Source: Thermodesulfobacteriota bacterium
GTDB lineage: Bacteria > Desulfobacterota > Binatia > Bin18
Assembly: GCA_964291405.2 (NCBI GenBank)
Contig: OZ219926.1
Coordinates: 3,424,001-3,488,000 of the forward strand
Direction of reading: 5' to 3'
DNA: 64,000 nt
Part shown: positions 9,642 to 20,028 of the stretch, one piece after another
How the letters are laid out: each line of letters opens with the position of its first letter
How positions within the stretch are numbered: position 1 is the stretch's first letter
Notes under the pieces: generated by a model
What the model was told of the DNA's origin: nothing
Database searches by the model: none
The model's input: only the letters and a program-made list of their open reading frames with translations
Translations under genes and position numbers: made by a program

Positions 9642-10805
9642 CATGCCGTAGCACTTCAGCACGTTCTTTCCCAATATGCCCTCTCGGGCTGGCTCGGCCA
9701 TCAGGTTTGTGAGTTCAATCAAATTGGGAACATATTCGGGTGGATGGTCGGCATGCGGAAAATCGCTGGCCCAGAAAAATCGATCTTCTCCAACAAAGGG
9801 GATGACCCCGGCGAGTGAACGTTCATCCGGGTCGCCCGAGATCCAACACTGTCGGCGGAAATACTCGCTCGGTTTGTCTTTCAGCAGCACACTTTTGCCC
9901 AGCGGCGAGTCATAGACCGCATCCATACGTTCCAGCCAGTACCCGATCCAGCCCGCGCCCACTTCCAGGACAATGACTTTGAGCTGGGGAAATTTGTCGA
10001 ACACCCCATACTGAAAGAGCGAGACAAAGCCGCCTCGAATGGCATCTCCACCGGCGATGTTTTGGTAAAACGCAGTCGAAAAACTCGTCATCCGGCCAAA
10101 GCGGGTTGGGGCCGCCCAGTGTGGCTCAAACGACGGATGAATGCCAAACGGCAGACCGAGTTCCTGGGCCGCGGCAAACACGCGGTCATGATCGGGATGG
10201 CCATGGGCTTTGCGGCTCCAGATATACGGAGCCACAAAAAAGCCTTTCATCCCATCCTTGGCCGCCCGGCGCAGCTCTGCCTCAGCAAGCTCGGGGATAC
10301 TAATGGGGATATGGGCAATGGGGAGCAAGCGTCCATCCGAGTCTGAACAAAAGTCCACCAGCCAGCGATTATACGCCCGGGCATAGGCCATCGACAGCTC
10401 AAGGTCTTCACATTCGGGTTCCCATAACAGGCCAAGAGTGGGGTAGAGAAACACCCTCTCAATATTCTCAATGTCCAGACGTTGCAGGCGCTCTTTCGGG
10501 TCCATAGAGCCAAACGAGGCATTATCGACATAGCCAGACCCGGTCGGCTCGCGTTTATACTCAATACCCCCAAGCTGATCCATCACCCCAAGCCCCGACG
10601 GGGCGCCCTTACGAGTCATTTTGGATGGTTGACCGTTGACCTCAAGGTATTCCAGGCCGTCGTCGTCCTTACGAATACGGACCGCGCGGTCACGGTATTT
10701 AGGTTCCAAATATCTTTCCCAGAGATCGGGCGCTTCGAGTATATGACCGTCGGCATCGATCACACCTGACATGGGGAGACTCGGTAAGGCTTCAGGGCCG
10801 GGCAT
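9633..10805 (-). CDS. Amidohydrolase family 2 protein
   Basis: IDADGHILE, LEVGAGWI, FWASDFPHAD motifs; start chosen from AGGAGG spacing. Confidence 0.9.
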   Translation of the reverse strand: MPGPEALPSLPMSGVIDADGHILEAPDLWERYLEPKYRDRAVRIRKDDDGLEYLEVNGQPSKMTRKGAPSGLGVMDQLGGIEYKREPTGSGYVDNASFGSMDPKERLQRLDIENIERVFLYPTLGLLWEPECEDLELSMAYARAYNRWLVDFCSDSDGRLLPIAHIPISIPELAEAELRRAAKDGMKGFFVAPYIWSRKAHGHPDHDRVFAAAQELGLPFGIHPSFEPHWAAPTRFGRMTSFSTAFYQNIAGGDAIRGGFVSLFQYGVFDKFPQLKVIVLEVGAGWIGYWLERMDAVYDSPLGKSVLLKDKPSEYFRRQCWISGDPDERSLAGVIPFVGEDRFFWASDFPHADHPPEYVPNLIELTNLMAEPAREGILGKNVLKCYGMKE

Positions 10806-10909
10806 ACGCATCCTCCTTTTTTGGGCACTCAAGCCGATCTGGCTCCTGCCCTTGGACAGCGCAAGCGAAACGCTCGACTCAAGAGAAGGTTTCGCCTTGA
10901 GCGTGTCGG

Positions 10910-12148
10910 CTAGGTTCCAGAACTCGAACGTTGCCGCTTACGAAAGAGTTCTTCTCCTTCCTCAATCTGCTCAGGTTCCATAAGCTCAACAATATACTCG
11001 CGCACTTTGAGCACCTCATTCTTGTGCTCGCCCGAGGCATTTGTCTCCGCCAGACTGATCCACATATAGGCTTGGCCATAGTCCAGCGGCGTACCCTGGC
11101 CCCTGGCGTAGCGCAGTGCCAGATTATACTGTGCCTGGGCATCATCCTGATTTGCCGCCCGGCGATACCAATTCGCCGCTTGGGTGTCGTTCTGTTCGAG
11201 CCCTTGTCCAGTCGCATACATGAATCCCAGATTGATCTGTGCCTGGGCATGGCCCTGGTCGGCAGCTTGGCGATACCACTTGGCGGCCTCGGCCGCATCC
11301 TGTGCCACGCCTTGGCCGGTACGATACATGAGCCCCAAATTCCACTGGGCGTCGGCATGGCCCTGGTCGGCGGCTTGGCGATACCACTTGGCGGCCTCGG
11401 CCGCATCCTGTGCCACACCTTGACCCGTGTAATAGTGGAGCCCCATAAAATAGAGCGATTGCGGAGAGCCCTGCTCAGCGGCCTGGCGATGCCATTGCAG
11501 CGCTTGGGTCGCATCCTGGTCAACGCGTTGGCCCAGGCCGTAGAGTATGCCCAGTTCTGCCTGGGCATGCATGATTCCTTGCTCGGCCGCTTGGGTGAGC
11601 TGGACAATCGTCATCCGTGCAATCAGATTATCGCGGGCGCCAGCATATTTCGCAGCGGTTGCTTTGGCGGCATTGAACGAATCCCGGTCGCCTTTATAAA
11701 CCGCTAGCTTGGCCGCGCTATCGGCCGCCTGGTTGATCAAGAGCAATGACTGGACGTCATCTCGCTCAATTCCCTTGCCCGATGAATACAGGATGCCCAG
11801 GTCGTACTGGGCTGTCACATGGCCCTGTTCGGCGGCTTTGCGGTACCACGCTATCGATGTGTCCATATCCGCTGCCACGCCTAAACCGTTGGCGTACATG
11901 ACTCCCAAGTTCCACTGGGCCGTCGCATGGCCCTGCTCGGCGGCTTTGCGATACCACACCCCGGCTTCGGTATAGTCTTGTGCGACGCCGTAGCCATTAT
12001 CGTACAGGAACGCGAGGTCGTACTGCGCCTCAACGTCACCGGCCTCGGCCCGCGCTCGCAGTTCGGCAGTTCTGTCTGCCCGTGCCAGGCTCACGCCGCA
12101 AATACATATCCCAACACTCACGAGTATCCAGCGTGCTATTATCTGCAT
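10910..12148 (-). CDS. Secreted Sel1-like repeat protein
   Basis: Signal peptide (..GVSLARA) followed by multiple AQ.NLG.MY..G.GV.QD..EA..WYR.AA.QG 36-aa repeats. Confidence 0.92.
   Translation of the reverse strand: MQIIARWILVSVGICICGVSLARADRTAELRARAEAGDVEAQYDLAFLYDNGYGVAQDYTEAGVWYRKAAEQGHATAQWNLGVMYANGLGVAADMDTSIAWYRKAAEQGHVTAQYDLGILYSSGKGIERDDVQSLLLINQAADSAAKLAVYKGDRDSFNAAKATAAKYAGARDNLIARMTIVQLTQAAEQGIMHAQAELGILYGLGQRVDQDATQALQWHRQAAEQGSPQSLYFMGLHYYTGQGVAQDAAEAAKWYRQAADQGHADAQWNLGLMYRTGQGVAQDAAEAAKWYRQAADQGHAQAQINLGFMYATGQGLEQNDTQAANWYRRAANQDDAQAQYNLALRYARGQGTPLDYGQAYMWISLAETNASGEHKNEVLKVREYIVELMEPEQIEEGEELFRKRQRSSSGT
11246..11422. repeat. Near-identical intragenic duplication with 108-bp period in the Sel1 gene
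   Basis: 11246-11314 and 11354-11422 differ at 2 of 69 nt by eye. Confidence 0.8.
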
Positions 12149-12287
12149 AATAATTGTCCTACCGTACTCATTCTCAAATGAGAAGAGCGGGGAGTGCCTC
12201 CCCATCTTACTCTTTGGAGCGGACATTATTTAACGAGAGTAAGCAGAACCGGCGCTAAGCGTGTCGCCTATTGTAGACACCGTGTTG

Positions 12288-12488
12288 CTATCGGTCTTTC
12301 TGTATTGAGATGAATTGGCGACAACCGCACAGACTGATGCGACATCGGCCGGTCCAGGCGTGTTCATGTACCAGAGCAGGGTGGCCACAGGTACACTGGG
12401 AGAGACCCGTAATTGTCGGGTGTGGCGTGCCTTCAAGTTTCGCCCACTGCCGCTCCAAATCCTGCCGAATCTCTTCATCCCGCGTCAT
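12288..12488 (-). CDS. Small Cys/His-rich hypothetical protein
   Basis: CTCGH-x4-H...C-x4-CGC-x2-F pattern, same strand as its neighbours; RBS is weak. Confidence 0.5.
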   Translation of the reverse strand: MTRDEEIRQDLERQWAKLEGTPHPTITGLSQCTCGHPALVHEHAWTGRCRISLCGCRQFISIQKDR

Positions 12489-12592
12489 TATTATTGGATG
12501 CTTTCTTTCTGGCTTGCGTCGAGACTCTTCGACCGGGCTGACAGCTCAGTATGCCGTTTTTGCCCACTGTGAGAGATAGAGAAAGATTCGTA

Positions 12593-12892
12593 TCACGTGT
12601 GCAGCGCATCTATCCAGTCAGGTAAGGGTTGATCTGGCACGTCGGCGCTCTCGGGTAAGAGTTCAAGCACGTCGAGCGACATCCGGTAGCGAATGCGCCC
12701 GTGCCACAAATACGGTGTTCTCACAGAATTGCTTACCATACCGCCGTGGAGTGCCGGGTGTGTCCCCTGAGGGGGAGTGGCCTCCACCCATAACTCTGTC
12801 CCACGATGCTGGCGAACCCAGGCGTGCGAGTCCGGGTGGATACTGTCCCAACTCTCCGGCTCCACAATTCGGGCTTTTTGACAATACATCAT
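12593..12892 (-). CDS. Hypothetical protein
   Basis: 99-aa ORF with a purine-rich upstream sequence; no family recognised. Confidence 0.45.
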   Translation of the reverse strand: MMYCQKARIVEPESWDSIHPDSHAWVRQHRGTELWVEATPPQGTHPALHGGMVSNSVRTPYLWHGRIRYRMSLDVLELLPESADVPDQPLPDWIDALHT

Positions 12893-13043
12893 TCTTCCCC
12901 GTTTCCTTGTACCTCAAGAGGTACCCGTGAGAAAAGATTACCCTGTGTTCTTGATTGGACGCGCCCGTTCAGGTTACCCAGGGGGTCGTTGGACCTCTCT
13001 TCGAGGAGGCAGGAAAAAACGCAACACAGCGGGAGGAAGCGAT

Positions 13044-13805
13044 ATGGACACTTTTCAATATGAAACCGTTCTGAGCACGCCGGGCGACAGTGGGGTCCGC
13101 ACCATAGCCCTGAACCGGCCCGAGCGCCTTAACGCCATGAACGGGCAGCTCATGGTCGATATCGCGCGCGCGTTTGACGAAGCCAATGCCGATCCAGAGA
13201 CCCGCGCTATCATTTTTACCGGCCAGGGCCGAGCCTTTTGTGCTGGCGATGACCGTAAGGCACATCGCCAGCCTGAAAATGAAGGAGAGGCCAGAGATGC
13301 CGTGGACGCGGTCCAGCGGGCGACTCTGGCGATTGTCTTTGGTGGGAAGCCGGTTGTGGGAGCCATCAACGGCTGGGCAGTCGGGGGTGGGTTTGAGTTG
13401 GCGATCAATTGTGATTTCCCGATCTGGGCGGAAAGCGCCCGAGGATTTTTCCCTGAAGTGTCGCTCAACGCCTTTGTGACTGGGGCCGTCTCATCGCTTT
13501 TACCGGCCCTGGTTGGTCTGAACAAAGCCCGGGAAATGCTGTTTCTGTGCGAACAGTATGACGCCCGTACCCTGCTGGACCTAGGCGTGGCGTGGCGCGT
13601 CGTCGACGATGATCATCTGCTCACAGAGGCGCATAGTGTGGCGGAGAAATTGAGTGTCCTGCCGCCTCTTGCCGTCCGAGCGATGAAGCGTGTGCTCAAT
13701 CAGTGCGCAGCCAGCGATATCCACACCGCACTTCGACTGGAGACAGAGGCGACCGTTGCCAGCTTTCTCGATCCGGAAACAACCGAACGGCTCTCGAATT
13801 TCTAG
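13044..13805 (+). CDS. Enoyl-CoA hydratase/isomerase family protein
   Basis: LNRPERLNAM, GRAFCAGDD, AINGWAVGGGFELA; GGAGG RBS before ATG 13044. Confidence 0.92.
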   Translation: MDTFQYETVLSTPGDSGVRTIALNRPERLNAMNGQLMVDIARAFDEANADPETRAIIFTGQGRAFCAGDDRKAHRQPENEGEARDAVDAVQRATLAIVFGGKPVVGAINGWAVGGGFELAINCDFPIWAESARGFFPEVSLNAFVTGAVSSLLPALVGLNKAREMLFLCEQYDARTLLDLGVAWRVVDDDHLLTEAHSVAEKLSVLPPLAVRAMKRVLNQCAASDIHTALRLETEATVASFLDPETTERLSNF

Positions 13806-13858
13806 ACTAGGACGCAGTAACAGCCACCCGCCGGCTACGGATGACAGCTCGACTATTC

Positions 13859-14566
13859 CTAGTCCTTTCCCTTCTCAGGGTTGGACACCATCTTGCCGTG
13901 ACCGGGGATAATCCAGTCGGCGAGCTGTAAAACCCTCTCTCGACTCGCGTTGAGTGCCTCCTGGTTCCAGGTCAGTGGAGCGTCTCCGGGCGTGATGTCC
14001 GGAAATGCCCAAGTATGGGTCAGGACATAGGTCCCCTGTGCCGTCTCGACGACCAGCGACGCGTCTTCTTCAGTATGTCCTGGGGTTTGCAGCACACGTA
14101 TGCCGGGCGCAATGGCGTACTCATCTCCATGATCTTCCCACAGGTCGCCTGTATACGTCGCCCAAAAGTCGACCAGTTGAGCGTTGGGGAAGAGGGCTAT
14201 ATTTACGGTATGGTCGGGATGGTGATGGCTGATAAAGACATGGGTGACATCCTCAGCTGAGACGCCTTCTTTTTTCAGCGCATCAAGGATGAGAGCCCGC
14301 TCTGCAACCATGCCGGGATCGGCGACCAGCGTGACTCCCTCGCCCCGGACCAGGGCAACCGTACCTGCCACGTGTCTGGCCCCGTCATCAGCCACACCGG
14401 GCATGGGCTGCCGCCCTTCTATCGGCTTGACATAGCCTTCAAGCAGAACGGTGACGGTGTTCGTGTTTTGCGCTTCTTGTCCCTGTACTCCGAGGGGCGT
14501 ACAAACAAACATAGCCCCCATGAGTCCGGCCACGACGACGAATCGGTACCTTTTGGTCTGCATCAT
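13859..14566 (-). CDS. Secreted MBL-fold metallo-hydrolase
   Basis: SHHHPDH, TPGHT, IIPGHG motifs; N-terminal signal peptide. Confidence 0.85.
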   Translation of the reverse strand: MMQTKRYRFVVVAGLMGAMFVCTPLGVQGQEAQNTNTVTVLLEGYVKPIEGRQPMPGVADDGARHVAGTVALVRGEGVTLVADPGMVAERALILDALKKEGVSAEDVTHVFISHHHPDHTVNIALFPNAQLVDFWATYTGDLWEDHGDEYAIAPGIRVLQTPGHTEEDASLVVETAQGTYVLTHTWAFPDITPGDAPLTWNQEALNASRERVLQLADWIIPGHGKMVSNPEKGKD

Positions 14567-14725
14567 ATTTCCCTCCTGTCTGCTCTCTTGCATAGCACTC
14601 CGGTCTGTGGGGGACTAGTTGTCTCGTTTCTCGCTTTTTTTGTTCGGTGTGGCTATTATCATTGGCATCGGGACGATGACGAATGTAGCGTGACGAGTAG
14701 AAACAGAAGAATACAGGAGACGCAT

Positions 14726-16066
14726 ATGAGCGATCTCTCCTCTGCCGAGATTTTACGCCTGACTCGAGAGTACGGCCTCTACGAATGGGCGGCGCAGAAG
14801 GCGGTGAAGCCACTCAGCGTTGACCGCGCTCAGGGCGTCTACTTCTGGACGGTCGACGGCAAACGCTTTCTCGACTTCAACTCCCAGCTGATGTGCGTCA
14901 ATATCGGCCACGGCGATGAGCGTGTCCTGACCGCCATTCGGGAGCAATCCGAGAAGCTGACCTATGTGATGCCGCATCTCGTGACCGAGCCGCGGGCCAG
15001 GCTGCACCAACTCCTGGCCGAGGTTAGCCCCGGTACCCTCAAACGATCTTTTTTGACGTTGAGCGGAGCGGAGGCGAATGAGCATGCTGTACGGATTGCT
15101 CGCTTGGCCACTCGACGGCAGAAAATTCTTGTCCGCTATCGTTCCTATCACGGCGCGACAGCCGGGGCCGTCAGCCTGACCGGAGAGCCGCGCCGCTGGG
15201 GAGCTGAACCCGGTATCCCTGGCGTTGTGCGGGCTATGGACCCCTACCGCTATCGGTGCCGCTGGTGTCAGGAGCAGTCAGCCTGCAACCTCGACTGCTT
15301 GAATCATGTCGAAGATGTCATCCAGTTTGAGGGGGCGCACACGATTGCTGCCGTGCTGATTGAGACCGTGACCGGCACGAACGGCATCATCATTCCACCC
15401 GACGGCTATCTGCAGGGGCTGCGCACCTTGTGTGATAAATATGGCATCCTGTTGATCGCCGATGAGGTCATGAGCGGCTTTGGCCGGACGGGCGAGTGGT
15501 TTGCGGTCGATCACTGGGATGTCGTGCCTGATATTATGACGGTGGCAAAGGGCTTAACGAGCGCCTACCTGCCGCTTGGGGCCATTATGGTGAACGACGA
15601 GATCGCGGCCCATTTTGAAGACAACTTCCTGTATTCCGGATTGACCTATGGGGCGCATCCGGTCTCCTGTGCCGCTGCGGTTGCCACCATCAAGGTGTAC
15701 CAGGAAGACGGTCTGATCGAGCATGCCAAAAAGATGGGGACCGTTCTGGCGCACGAGATGGAACGCTTACGGAATAAGCATCCCTCGGTTGGAGAAACCC
15801 GCTCCATCGGCCTGTTTGGCCTGTTCGAACTGGTCAAAAACCGCCAGACGCGCGAGCCTCTGGCCCCCTTTAATGCGACGGCCGCCGAGATGGGACCTAT
15901 GGCCCAACTCGGCGCGTTTTTTCGAGAGAACGGGCTTTTTACCCTCGTTCGCTGGAACACTTTTTTTGTGAATCCGCCTCTGTGTATTAGCGAAGAACAA
16001 CTCCGCGAGGGATTGGCGATTATCGACCAGGCGCTCGACATTACCGACGCGGCCGTCTCGGCTTGA
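14726..16066 (+). CDS. Class III PLP-dependent aminotransferase
   Basis: SGAEANE, SYHG, LLIADEVMSGFGRTG, TVAKGLTS (PLP Lys); AGGAG RBS. Confidence 0.93.
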   Translation: MSDLSSAEILRLTREYGLYEWAAQKAVKPLSVDRAQGVYFWTVDGKRFLDFNSQLMCVNIGHGDERVLTAIREQSEKLTYVMPHLVTEPRARLHQLLAEVSPGTLKRSFLTLSGAEANEHAVRIARLATRRQKILVRYRSYHGATAGAVSLTGEPRRWGAEPGIPGVVRAMDPYRYRCRWCQEQSACNLDCLNHVEDVIQFEGAHTIAAVLIETVTGTNGIIIPPDGYLQGLRTLCDKYGILLIADEVMSGFGRTGEWFAVDHWDVVPDIMTVAKGLTSAYLPLGAIMVNDEIAAHFEDNFLYSGLTYGAHPVSCAAAVATIKVYQEDGLIEHAKKMGTVLAHEMERLRNKHPSVGETRSIGLFGLFELVKNRQTREPLAPFNATAAEMGPMAQLGAFFRENGLFTLVRWNTFFVNPPLCISEEQLREGLAIIDQALDITDAAVSA

Positions 16067-16145
16067 TGGCTCTTCTTGAGAGCGGGCACACATTAGCACC
16101 AAATCCTCTGTACCGATTATAACCTGAGCGAGAGACGAGGATAGC

Positions 16146-17453
16146 ATGAAAACAATAACGAGGAGATCGCTACTCCGTTCCGGTCTTGCCTGGTGCGCGG
16201 TCGCCCCCTGGTTGAAGCCCCTGAGGGCGGCCGCTGACGCAGACCAACCTGCCCCGCAGATGGCGCCCGGCGTGACCGACACCGAGATTGTGCTCGGCAT
16301 GTCTGCGGCCTTCTCCGGACCCTCCCGGGGTTTGGGTATTGAACTGTATCGTGGCGCCACCGCCTACTTCGACCATGTGAATGAGCAGGGAGGAATCGCA
16401 GGCCGCAACGTAATTCTCAAGACGTATGACGATGGCTACCAACCCGCCCCTTCTGTGAAGAATACCCTGAAGCTGATGCTGCAAGACCAGGTGTTTCTGC
16501 TCTTCGGTTACGTTGGAACCCCAACGGTTACGCGTGTCCTTCCCATGCTCAAGAAGTTCCAGGACAGAGACATCTTTTTGTTTTTTCCCTTCACCGGTGC
16601 CCAGCCGCAGCGGGAACCCCCCTATGGCGACTTTGCGTTCAATCTGCGCTCCTCCTATCGCCAGGAGACCGCCGGTCTCGTCGATAATTTCGTTCGCATC
16701 AACCGGAAACGCATCGCCGTATTCTATCAAGCCGATGCCTATGGGCGCAGCGGGTGGGCCGGTGTCAGGCGCGCCCTGAAGCACTACGGAAGACAGATTG
16801 TGGGTGAGGCAACCTACCGGCGCGGCACAAAGTTCACCGCCAGCATGCGTAGACAGGTCGAAATCCTCAAGGCGTCACAGCCCGAAGCGGTGATCTGTAT
16901 CGGTTCCTACGCGGCCTGTGCGGCCTTTGTCCGCGATGCCGTCAACCTCGGCCTGCAAGTCCCGATTGCCAACCTGTCCTTTGTTGGTAGCGAAAACCTG
17001 CTGAAACTCCTCACTCACTGGGCGCTGACTGAGGAGCGTGGCGATAGCGAGCAGTATACGCGGCTGCTCGTCAACTCCCAAGTGGTTCCGAGTTACGAAG
17101 AAGCCTCCATGCCCGCCGTCCAAGAGTATCGCGACTTGATGCGACGCTATAACCCGCAGCCGCCCATAGAATTGCTGAAAGAACCCTACCTGCCCTCTGA
17201 GCATAGCTTCGTCAGCCTCGAAGGATTTATCGACGCCAAGTTGATGGTTGAAATTCTGCGCCGGCTTGGGGACAGGCCGGAACGGAGTCAGCTCCAGCAG
17301 GCAGTCTTCACCGTTCAGGATTTCGATCTGGGCATTGACGAGCGGGCCTCCTTCGGTCCTGACCGTCGTCAGGGGCTCCAGCAAGTCTACTACACCGTTG
17401 TTGACGAGGGCCGTTTTGTCATGCTGGACAACTGGGAGGGCAGGTTTGCCTGA
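16146..17453 (+). CDS. Tat-exported LivJ-like periplasmic binding protein
   Basis: TRRSLL twin-arginine signal; GVTDTEIVLGMSAAFSGP, DDGYQP, GYVGTPT. Confidence 0.88.
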   Translation: MKTITRRSLLRSGLAWCAVAPWLKPLRAAADADQPAPQMAPGVTDTEIVLGMSAAFSGPSRGLGIELYRGATAYFDHVNEQGGIAGRNVILKTYDDGYQPAPSVKNTLKLMLQDQVFLLFGYVGTPTVTRVLPMLKKFQDRDIFLFFPFTGAQPQREPPYGDFAFNLRSSYRQETAGLVDNFVRINRKRIAVFYQADAYGRSGWAGVRRALKHYGRQIVGEATYRRGTKFTASMRRQVEILKASQPEAVICIGSYAACAAFVRDAVNLGLQVPIANLSFVGSENLLKLLTHWALTEERGDSEQYTRLLVNSQVVPSYEEASMPAVQEYRDLMRRYNPQPPIELLKEPYLPSEHSFVSLEGFIDAKLMVEILRRLGDRPERSQLQQAVFTVQDFDLGIDERASFGPDRRQGLQQVYYTVVDEGRFVMLDNWEGRFA

Positions 17454-17454
17454 C

Positions 17455-18192
17455 ATGAAAATCCAAAAGCTTTTTCAGAAAACACTGTTCGGCGTTTTCT
17501 CTCTGTTTGGTCTGATTAGCCTGTCCACCTCCGTGCTGTGTATTTATACCGTCGATACGCACTTGTCTGAGGAATACGAGAGCAACAGCAAAGACATTGC
17601 CAAGACCATTGCCGATTCCAGTGTGGACATCCTCTTGAATAGGGACCTGTCGGCGCTGCAATCGCTCATCGATCAATTTGTCGAAATTCAGAGTATACGC
17701 TATATCTACATCACGGACGAAGAGGGCGAGTTTGTCGCCCATACGTTTGTTCCCGGTGTGCCTGAAGAAATTCGAACCGGAGACCGGAATAATACGGCGA
17801 CTGTAGAGCGCAGCCTGCCGGGGATGGGTGATTTTGTGGAAGTGGGCAGTCCGATTCTGGCCGGCGTTGCCGGCACCGTTCATGTCGGCATGGACACCGA
17901 TCTGATTGCGCTGAAGATTCAGAGAGCCATCGGTCGCCAAGTCTACCTCATCTCCATCATTCTTGTCGTTGGTGTTCTGGCTGCCATCTGGTTTGTCAAC
18001 TTGGCAGCGAAGCCACTGGGCGACCTCCTCGCCTACGCCGTTGCCCTCGCGCGTGACCGGGACAACGGAGCAGACGACACGCTACTGGCACGCGACGATG
18101 AGGTTGGACAGCTTGCCCGACTTTTTCTCTATTTTTCGGAGGGTGTGCATGCCGAAGATGAACAGCGCGTATCGTCTGGAAGCGATGGATAG
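17455..18192 (+). CDS. Two-TM sensor-like protein ending after a HAMP-like segment
   Basis: TM, periplasmic domain, TM, then KPLGDL...RDDEVGQLARLF; stops about 20 aa later. Confidence 0.75.
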   Translation: MKIQKLFQKTLFGVFSLFGLISLSTSVLCIYTVDTHLSEEYESNSKDIAKTIADSSVDILLNRDLSALQSLIDQFVEIQSIRYIYITDEEGEFVAHTFVPGVPEEIRTGDRNNTATVERSLPGMGDFVEVGSPILAGVAGTVHVGMDTDLIALKIQRAIGRQVYLISIILVVGVLAAIWFVNLAAKPLGDLLAYAVALARDRDNGADDTLLARDDEVGQLARLFLYFSEGVHAEDEQRVSSGSDG

Positions 18193-18263
18193 GGTTTGAC
18201 CTTGGAGGGTTTCCGAACAGTGTCCGGACCGCACGGGCGGCTGGCTCGTCCGCTCCAGACAAC

Positions 18264-18317
18264 AAAGAGTAAACTGCCCTCCAATAGACATGCAGATGCT
18301 AGACACGTTTACTCTTT
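18264..18317. repeat. ~55-bp palindromic element, copy 2
   Basis: AAAGAGTAAACTGCCCTCCAATAGACATGCAGATGCTAGACACGTTTACTCTTT. Confidence 0.8.
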
Positions 18318-18363
18318 ATCTCGCTAGTGGTTGCGGTTGATTGGTGATTGAGGGTTCTTGGAA

Positions 18364-19668
18364 ATGGCGAAACAAAAACAGATGCCGCGTGCGATGATCG
18401 CCCTGTTATGTACGCTCCTGCAAACCTGTTTCGGGACCGTCTATGCGTGGAGTTTCTTTCAGACGCTACTGGTCAGGCAGCTTGGCTGGTCGTTCACGGA
18501 AACGGCCTGGGCCTTTAGCCTTGCGATTTTTTCCCTGGGCATCGCGGCAGCCTGGGCCGGCACAATGTTGCCGCGATTCGGCCCGCGCAAATTGGCCGTG
18601 GCCGGCAGCCTCATGTTTTCGGGCGGCTATGTGCTCGCCAGCCTTGCCCTGCACCTGGATATTATCGAGCTCTTTTATCTCGGCTATGGGGTGATCGGTG
18701 GTGCGGGTATCGGGTTTGGCTATGTGACGCCGGTCGCCACCGTGGCGAAATGGTTCCCGGACCACAAGGGCTTAGTAACCGGGATCGTCGTGATGGGGTT
18801 TGGTGTAGGCGCGTTTCTTTTGAGTAAGGTGCTGGCCCCGCTGCTCGTGCTACAAGCGGAGGGCGACCTGGCCCTCGTTTTCTTGTGGCTTGGGGTTGTC
18901 TTTGCCTGCATTTTATTGCCTTCCAGCTTTGCCTTGAGCGACCCCCCAACCGCTGTAGCCGCTGTGGCAGACGGTCAGCGGAGCGACGAACCCGACTCTG
19001 CTGCTCCCTATCTCCGGTCTTCGGCGTTCATCTTCATGTGGGTTGTCTTTTTCTTTAATATCGCCGCGGGCATCTCCGTTATCAGCTTTCAGTCGGAACT
19101 CATGCAGGAAGTGTGGGGCTTCGCCGACCCGTCCTTAGAACCGGCAATACTGGTCGAATACGGGGCGACCCTGATCGCCGTCAGTTCGTTGTGTAACGGG
19201 GTCGGGCGGCTGTTCTGGGGGCTCCTCTCGGACCGCATCGGTCGCGTCCGGGTCTTCAGGATTCTGCTCGCCAGTCAGATGATCGTCTTCGGTATCCTGA
19301 TGACCGAACGGAATCCCTGGATATTTGCGGCTCTCGTTTGCTACGTCCTCTTATGCTTCGGTGGTGGCTTTGCCACCATGCCTTCTTTCGTGCTCGACGT
19401 TTTCGGGACGAAGAAGATGTCTACAATTTACGGAACAATTCTGACCGCATGGGCGGCGGCAGGGATCTGCGGTCCTCTCTATGTAGGACATTTGAAAGAC
19501 CAATATCCAGACCGGGCCGTCATGTATTGCTTTTTGATCGGAATTTTTATGCTGGGTCTTGGGTATGTCTTCTCGTATTTGCTCAATGATGATCGTATTC
19601 GCCTGCAGCGTCCGACCTTGGAAGGGACGCTCCGGCAGTACGGCATCGCGTACCCTCGGCGCGCGTAG
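18364..19668 (+). CDS. OFA family MFS transporter (oxalate/formate antiporter-like)
   Basis: GTVYAWSFF, KWFPDHKGLVTG, NGVGRLFWGLLSDRIGR, CFGGGFATMP; about 12 TM segments. Confidence 0.88.
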   Translation: MAKQKQMPRAMIALLCTLLQTCFGTVYAWSFFQTLLVRQLGWSFTETAWAFSLAIFSLGIAAAWAGTMLPRFGPRKLAVAGSLMFSGGYVLASLALHLDIIELFYLGYGVIGGAGIGFGYVTPVATVAKWFPDHKGLVTGIVVMGFGVGAFLLSKVLAPLLVLQAEGDLALVFLWLGVVFACILLPSSFALSDPPTAVAAVADGQRSDEPDSAAPYLRSSAFIFMWVVFFFNIAAGISVISFQSELMQEVWGFADPSLEPAILVEYGATLIAVSSLCNGVGRLFWGLLSDRIGRVRVFRILLASQMIVFGILMTERNPWIFAALVCYVLLCFGGGFATMPSFVLDVFGTKKMSTIYGTILTAWAAAGICGPLYVGHLKDQYPDRAVMYCFLIGIFMLGLGYVFSYLLNDDRIRLQRPTLEGTLRQYGIAYPRRA

Positions 19669-20028
19669 AGCCCTCTCCCCAATAGCCGAGTGGACAGCGC
19701 TGCCACTTATACCATACACTCGGCGTATGGAGTATGCGTGTTCGCCTGACGACGGTTTCGAAGATGAGGATGATGAGGACGAACGCTGTCCGTGCGTTGT
19801 CCTCATTCGATGGCCACGGCCACCCGTAGTGAAGCCATTCCAGCTCAAATAATCGAGGACCCGGACTGCCTGATCCTGATAACCAAGTCACATGCCCGAC
19901 TTGCCTTCCAGGTCTGTTCTCTCTATACAAAGGCGAGGAAAGTAACCCACGCGGTCAGGGGCATACCTGCGGAGGATGTAGTCTGGTTGTATAGCCGTGC
20001 CTGCGTAAATAATTGAAGGAGAGATGCC

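Noticed and set aside
19727-19852. 41-aa acidic, Cys-containing ORF (MEYACSPDDGFEDEDDEDERCPC...) as another peptide precursor
   Set aside because: No RBS, no maturase nearby and no recognisable family; cannot be supported from sequence alone.
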